DNA of 30,733 nt. Source: Mogibacterium sp. (GTDB taxonomy: Bacteria; Bacillota; Clostridia; Peptostreptococcales; Anaerovoracaceae). Both the position numbers and the translations under genes were made by a program. This document shows, in pieces, positions 26,608 to 30,733 of the stretch (within the stretch, counting starts at the first letter, position 1; each line of letters opens with the position of its first letter). The notes under the pieces are model-generated. The model had not been told where the DNA came from, made no database searches, and saw only the letters and a list, made by a program, of their open reading frames with translations. Location of the stretch: assembly GCA_017434685.1 (NCBI GenBank), contig JAFREV010000099.1, positions 1 through 30,733 on the forward strand, in the 5' to 3' direction.

Positions 26608-26995
26608 CCAGTTATGCAGTTATGGATAACTGGCACAGTGCCATGAATAAGTGCATGCACAGCATAAAATGAAACGCTGCACACACACTTATTCACAGCC
26701 TGCTTTGAAGCCAGTTACCCACAGCCTGCACAACTGCTACTACGAACGTTTAATAATAACAACAATACAGATTGTTATTATTTCTCATTACTAATATCCC
26801 GTCGTAGTCGAGGCGGTGGATTATGTTGATAAGCGACGCTGATTATTAGGGAGCGGTGGATAAGTCGGTGGACAGAGCGTCTCTGTCCATGGACTTATCC
26901 ATGGCTCCTCGCTTATCCACGTAATCCATGGCCTTTCCAGTGGGTTCTCGAAAATAAGACATATAATCTAAAGCGCGATTTAGGGAGTTGGATAA
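26608..26995. other. DnaA-box-like cluster with a DnaA-trio-like motif and long hairpins
   Basis: TTATTCACA 26689 (perfect TTWTNCACA). One-mismatch boxes: TTACCCACA 26715, TTATCCACG 26913, and reverse-strand TTATCCATA 26621, TTATCAACA 26824, TTATCCACC 26855. Several 2-mismatch boxes are also present; CTACTACGA at 26737. Confidence 0.6.
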
Positions 26996-27002
26996 TAAAT
27001 AG

Positions 27003-27181
27003 GAGTTTTTTTAATTTTCATACATCTTGAGGGGAAAAATTGATATATGTATGAAAATCATCAAAAATGCCCTGGGAAAGTTTGATAATGAGCAACTTTT
27101 GAGAAAAAAGACAAGAAAAACTGCACTTTTCATACATATATGAAAAAAATTGGCGCAAATTTATGAAATATTCAAAAACTC
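27003..27181. repeat. MITE-like element, copy B (179 bp), upstream of the nuclease-like gene
   Basis: Ends GAGTTTTTTTAATTTTCATACAT and ATTTATGAAATATTCAAAAACTC; inner half-sites ATGTATGAAA (27047-27056) and TTTCATACAT (27128-27137); both spacers are 21 nt. Confidence 0.75.
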
Positions 27182-27247
27182 CCATGAGGGACTTTCTTTG
27201 ATGAAATGTGCAGATGAAATATGTATGTTGATTGAAGTGGAGAGCTT

Positions 27248-28042
27248 ATGATTCACAGAGAAGAACTATTACGAATCAGATCCGTAATGACTGACAGCAT
27301 CAAAGATTTTAAAAATGAACTCAAAACCTTGCCGGAGGGAGAATTGCTTTGCGTGAATAATCGTGGTCGACACATCTATTATGAGCGCTTTCCGAAAAAG
27401 GGCAATAGAAAGAAAGAGAAACGTGTTGGCATCACAAAAGATATCGACAAAGTTTTTGCTCTTGTGCGCAAAGAGTATTTAACTAAAGCCATTGCTATAA
27501 TTGAAAAGGACATAAGAATTATAGATATGGCAATTAAGCACTACGCCAACTATGACGAGTCATCCGTAATGGCAAGATTTCTCAGCAAACATCCGGAACT
27601 GAATGAAGGTGTGAATTACAGAAAACAAAGTGATGAAGAATGGGCCGATGCATACACGAGGCAGGAAGGCTTCCATGAAGAGAGTCGTAAGCACATAGCT
27701 TCCGACGGAGTAAAGATGAGATCTAAGAACGAAGTGTATATCGGGTCACGACTTGCTCACTATAAAATCCCTTACAGATATGAAGCCCCGATTCCTCACC
27801 CGGATGTGAATAGAATCCCGGATTTTACAATTAAGCGACCAAGAGATGGCAAGATTATTTATTGGGAGCATCTTGGAATGATAGAAAGTGATGCATATAT
27901 GCAAGGCAATGACAGGAAGTTTATTGAGTACAATGAGATTGGCATTGTGCCATGGGACAATCTAATAATTACCTATGATATGAGTGGAGGAAACATCGAT
28001 GCGAAGATAATCGATGCGATGATAAATGGCTGGTTACTCTGA
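27248..28042 (+). CDS. Hypothetical protein with a C-terminal PD-(D/E)xK/Vsr(DUF559)-like nuclease fold
   Basis: RSKNEVYIGSRL..YKIPYRYE...IPDFTI...YWEHLGM...Y...KF..Y..IGI...NLIITYD; N-terminal LPEG.L...YY basic region; visibly AT-richer than the flanking genes. Confidence 0.65.
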   Translation: MIHREELLRIRSVMTDSIKDFKNELKTLPEGELLCVNNRGRHIYYERFPKKGNRKKEKRVGITKDIDKVFALVRKEYLTKAIAIIEKDIRIIDMAIKHYANYDESSVMARFLSKHPELNEGVNYRKQSDEEWADAYTRQEGFHEESRKHIASDGVKMRSKNEVYIGSRLAHYKIPYRYEAPIPHPDVNRIPDFTIKRPRDGKIIYWEHLGMIESDAYMQGNDRKFIEYNEIGIVPWDNLIITYDMSGGNIDAKIIDAMINGWLL

Positions 28043-28060
28043 TGAGATAATAAAACGAGT

Positions 28061-28759
28061 ATGAAGGAAACGATGATGGAAACAATCAGAAAAGAACTGT
28101 TCGAAAGGCAGGATATAAAGTACGGAGAGTTTCAGGCGAAGCTCATGCCGACAGTCGATCCCGAAAAGATGATAGGCGTGAGGACACCGGAACTACGCAA
28201 ACTTGCAAAGCAGTTGATAAAGAATGGGGATGCGGCAGAGTTCATCAAGGAACTTCCGCACGAGTACTTCGATGAGAATCAACTGCATGCGTTTATTATT
28301 TCTGAAATGAAGGATTATGAGGAATGCATCGCTGAGGTGAATCGCTTTCTGCCGTATGTAGATAACTGGGCAACCTGCGATCAGCTTTCGCCGAAAGTGT
28401 TTAAGAAGCACAGGGCGAATCTGCTCGGGGAAATCAAAGAGTGGATTAGGTCCGAAGAGACTTACACAATCAGATTCGGGATTGGTATGCTGATGCAGCA
28501 TTATCTGGATGAGGACTTCAAAGCGGAGTATCCGAAAATGGTGGCTGACGTTAAATCAGATGAGTACTATGTCAATATGATGATTGCATGGTACTTTGCA
28601 ACTGCGCTTGCAAAAAAGTATGAAGAGGTCCTACCGTTCATAGAAAACAAGGTGCTGGACAAGTGGACTCACAATAAAGCCATACAAAAGTCTGTAGAGA
28701 GTTACCGCATCACGCCGGAACAAAAGGAATATCTAAAGGGACTGAGAATTCCCAAGTAA
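28061..28759 (+). CDS. DNA alkylation repair protein (AlkD-like HEAT-repeat family)
   Basis: IGVRTPELRKLAK, LPHEYFDENQLH, PYVDNWATCD, YYVNMMIAWYFATAL and HNKAIQK..ES.RI. The real start may be 28073 or 28076. Confidence 0.9.
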   Translation: MKETMMETIRKELFERQDIKYGEFQAKLMPTVDPEKMIGVRTPELRKLAKQLIKNGDAAEFIKELPHEYFDENQLHAFIISEMKDYEECIAEVNRFLPYVDNWATCDQLSPKVFKKHRANLLGEIKEWIRSEETYTIRFGIGMLMQHYLDEDFKAEYPKMVADVKSDEYYVNMMIAWYFATALAKKYEEVLPFIENKVLDKWTHNKAIQKSVESYRITPEQKEYLKGLRIPK

Positions 28760-28773
28760 TAGTTATATTAAAA

Positions 28774-28812
28774 TACTTTCCCCATTGCAGAATAAGCGGA
28801 AGAGGGAAAGTA
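28774..28812. terminator. Probable bidirectional terminator between convergent genes
   Basis: TACTTTCCC ... GGGAAAGTA inverted repeat with A/T-rich flanks. Confidence 0.55.
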
Positions 28813-28835
28813 AACAGAAAATTCAATGAACAACT

Positions 28836-29705
28836 TCACTTAACATTTTGTTTAAGGAAGTCGATTACGAAGCGGGCAAGTGGGCCTGCTTCTTTTTCTG
28901 AACGAATACCTACACCGAGGGTTCTGTATGCCTCGGGCTTCAGCATACGGCAGTCGTAGTCGCCCGGAAATTTTTCAATTATGAGCTCCGGCAGAACCGC
29001 GATGCCTAGGCCGTACTGGACCGTGGTGAGCACTGCGAAGTCATCTTTGAAATAGTATTTAACATCGGGCTCAAAGCCGGCATTATCGAATATCTTACGA
29101 ACATCGCGGTCATACGACTGATAGGTCAGTACCATCGGGTGCTTGGCCAGTTCCTTTACAGGTACGTAGTCAAAAGAACTAAGGTCGTGATTTTCTGAAA
29201 AGACCACCATGAGCGGATCTTCGAGCAGCGGTATGAAATCTACACTGTCTGCATCGGGCTGACTCATCAGTGCTATGTCGAGGGAACCGTTTTGTATGCC
29301 TCTCAGCATCTCGTCTTGACCGCTCTCCTCGATCTCAAATACGACATTCGGATAATTCGCCTGAAAGAACGAGAGCAGCTGAGGAAGCCATGAGGTGGAA
29401 GTGCTGACAAAGGTACCTATCCTGATGGTTCCTTTGTGAATTCCTCGTATGCTGTCGATTTCCTGATAGAACTTCTCCTCCTGCGCCATTATGGCTCGCA
29501 TTGACGGAAGGAGCTCTTTGCACTCCTCTGTCGGCTCAACTCCTCGCTTGGTTTTTATCAGCAGGGGAAATCCGATCTCTTCTTCAAACGCCTTAACCAT
29601 CTGAGTCAGATTTGACTGTGTGTATCCGAGTATCTCTCCGGCCTTTGTCAAACTGCCGCTGTCTATTGAAGTCAGCAGCACGCTTACCATCTTGTTTGTG
29701 TTCAT
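28836..29705 (-). CDS. LysR-family transcriptional regulator (paralog of 10372-11238)
   Basis: GSLTKAGEILGYTQSNLTQMVKAFEEEIGFPLL, GTIRIGTF and DDFAVLTTVQYGLGIAVLP. Confidence 0.95.
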   Translation of the reverse strand: MNTNKMVSVLLTSIDSGSLTKAGEILGYTQSNLTQMVKAFEEEIGFPLLIKTKRGVEPTEECKELLPSMRAIMAQEEKFYQEIDSIRGIHKGTIRIGTFVSTSTSWLPQLLSFFQANYPNVVFEIEESGQDEMLRGIQNGSLDIALMSQPDADSVDFIPLLEDPLMVVFSENHDLSSFDYVPVKELAKHPMVLTYQSYDRDVRKIFDNAGFEPDVKYYFKDDFAVLTTVQYGLGIAVLPELIIEKFPGDYDCRMLKPEAYRTLGVGIRSEKEAGPLARFVIDFLKQNVK

Positions 29706-29893
29706 AAGATCACCTCTTTCATGTACATTTTATACATTAAGAAAATTAATGACAAGCATTTTAACTGTTAATTTTTCATATGAGCAAAACCGCGCTATAT
29801 TATAACCAGGAAGAGGAAGCCAAAAGGCCAATCTGAAATACCAACTTACAATTACTTATCACCAATATATAAATGGAAAAGGAGGACGGAAAG

Positions 29894-29983
29894 ATGTTAT
29901 TCGCAATATTCTACGTAGCAGTTATGACATTCATTTGCACCAAAGTGGTAGAGCACGTTCCTACCGAGAAGAAGAGCAGATAA
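29894..29983 (+). CDS. Small hydrophobic peptide (29 aa), absent from the ORF track
   Basis: AAGGAGG ends 8 nt before the ATG; MLFAIFYVAVMTFICTKVVEHVPTEKKSR; resembles sORF 10203. Confidence 0.6.
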   Translation: MLFAIFYVAVMTFICTKVVEHVPTEKKSR

Positions 29984-30012
29984 AGAATGCACATAAAATA
30001 CTCAGCCCGAGG

Positions 30013-30039
30013 GCGGTGGCAGTACTTGTCACCGCTTTT
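30013..30039 (+). terminator. Intrinsic terminator/attenuator between the sORF and the brnQ-like gene
   Basis: GCGGTGGCA-GTACT-TGTCACCGC-TTTT. Confidence 0.7.
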
Positions 30040-30087
30040 AGCGGATTGTAAAATGGACGAAATATGAAACTGTAAAATAGGTGAGCT

Positions 30088-30733
30088 ATGAAAAAGGATC
30101 TGGGGATAAAAGAATTAATGGTAATGGGCGGCGGACTTTTCTCGATGCACTTCGGTGCTGCCTGCATGCTCTTTCCGGTGCAGTGGGGCAAAGACGCGGG
30201 AACTGCACTTATTCCCGTGTTTATAGGCGTGCTGCTCTCCGGCGTGATACTTCCGTACTTCGGTTACCTCGCACTCGTAAAAGCGGATTGCACCTTCTCC
30301 GAGATGAGCATCAAGATAGCTCCGAAATTCGGTGCGTTCTTCGTTGCGCTTACCATATTCGTCATCGGGCCTCTATACATGGTCCCGAGGATGAGCGCTG
30401 CGGCATGGGCGGCAATAGTCCAGATTACGGGGCTTGAGACAGAGAATATGCTGCCTGTAATTCTCTTTTCCGTCGTCTACTATCTTGTTACGTATTGGTT
30501 TGTGGCAAACCCGGGCACGGTAATAGATAAGGTAGGAAAGATACTCTTTCCCGTACTGCTCGTTGTAGTCACTGCGGTCATCACAAAGAGCATAATCTCG
30601 CCTATCTCTACGGAGTGGGCGGCGCCGTCCTTCGATCAGAATCCTGTTGTGCACGGATTCCTCGAAGGATATGCGACGGCGGACCTACAGTGCGCCCTCC
30701 TGTTCGGAATAATAGTAATACACGGAATCAGGA
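30088..30733 (+). CDS. brnQ: Branched-chain amino acid:cation symporter (LIVCS/BrnQ family), truncated at the window end
   Basis: Translated by hand from ATG 30088 (RBS AGGTG): MKKDLGIKELMVMGGGLFSMHFGAACMLFP...IGPLYMVPR...IDKVGKILFP...GFLEGYATAD...LFG; the frame is open to the end. Confidence 0.8.
   Translation, partial: MKKDLGIKELMVMGGGLFSMHFGAACMLFPVQWGKDAGTALIPVFIGVLLSGVILPYFGYLALVKADCTFSEMSIKIAPKFGAFFVALTIFVIGPLYMVPRMSAAAWAAIVQITGLETENMLPVILFSVVYYLVTYWFVANPGTVIDKVGKILFPVLLVVVTAVITKSIISPISTEWAAPSFDQNPVVHGFLEGYATADLQCALLFGIIVIHGIR

Noticed and set aside
26608-26995. The main chromosomal oriC
   Set aside because: No dnaA/dnaN is adjacent and gene orientation does not switch across the site; it is kept only as an oriC-like box cluster.
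29942-29966. tRNA-like D-arm string AAGTGGTAGAGCAC
   Set aside because: There is no T-arm (GTTCRA), acceptor stem or CCA, and it lies inside the 29-aa sORF.

Overview
30.7-kb window of a Firmicutes (Clostridia-like) chromosome. The lineage is inferred from SigA-type promoters, GGAGG RBSs, lipoproteins and gene families; it is possibly an anaerobic gut or rumen organism. Most genes lie on the + strand. Left to right: (1) the 3' part of a surface-protein gene broken by an in-frame TAG; (2) an ~8.7-kb cluster with a TM1266-type 'iron-only hydrogenase system regulator', a structured leader ending in a terminator, an FecCD/BtuC permease plus ATPase, a HydE-type radical SAM enzyme, NifH-like and NifD/E-like + NifK/N-like proteins lacking FeMo-co ligands, and a metal-chelate-binding lipoprotein; (3) a 27-aa sORF, a LysR regulator, a minimal zincin, a polar amino-acid ABC transporter (circularly permuted binding domain; ATPase with an extra C-terminal domain) and sdaAB; (4) a beta-helix-like lipoprotein and a 1799-aa Gly-rich repeat surface protein; (5) a YbhB/YbcL protein, a DUF3990 + XRE-HTH pair with a palindromic operator, and a radical SAM/SPASM gene; (6) a DnaA-box cluster with a DnaA-trio-like motif, a PD-(D/E)xK-like nuclease gene, an AlkD-like gene, a second LysR, a 29-aa sORF with a terminator, and a truncated brnQ-family gene. 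Two candidate undescribed systems stand out. The first is the non-nitrogen-fixing nitrogenase-like cluster paired with HydE and a metal-chelate importer. The second is a family of three 179-225-bp elements with exactly spaced 23-bp terminal inverted repeats: two sit in the nif-like cluster and one lies directly upstream of the nuclease-like gene. All family assignments are motif recognition by eye; no database searches were run.
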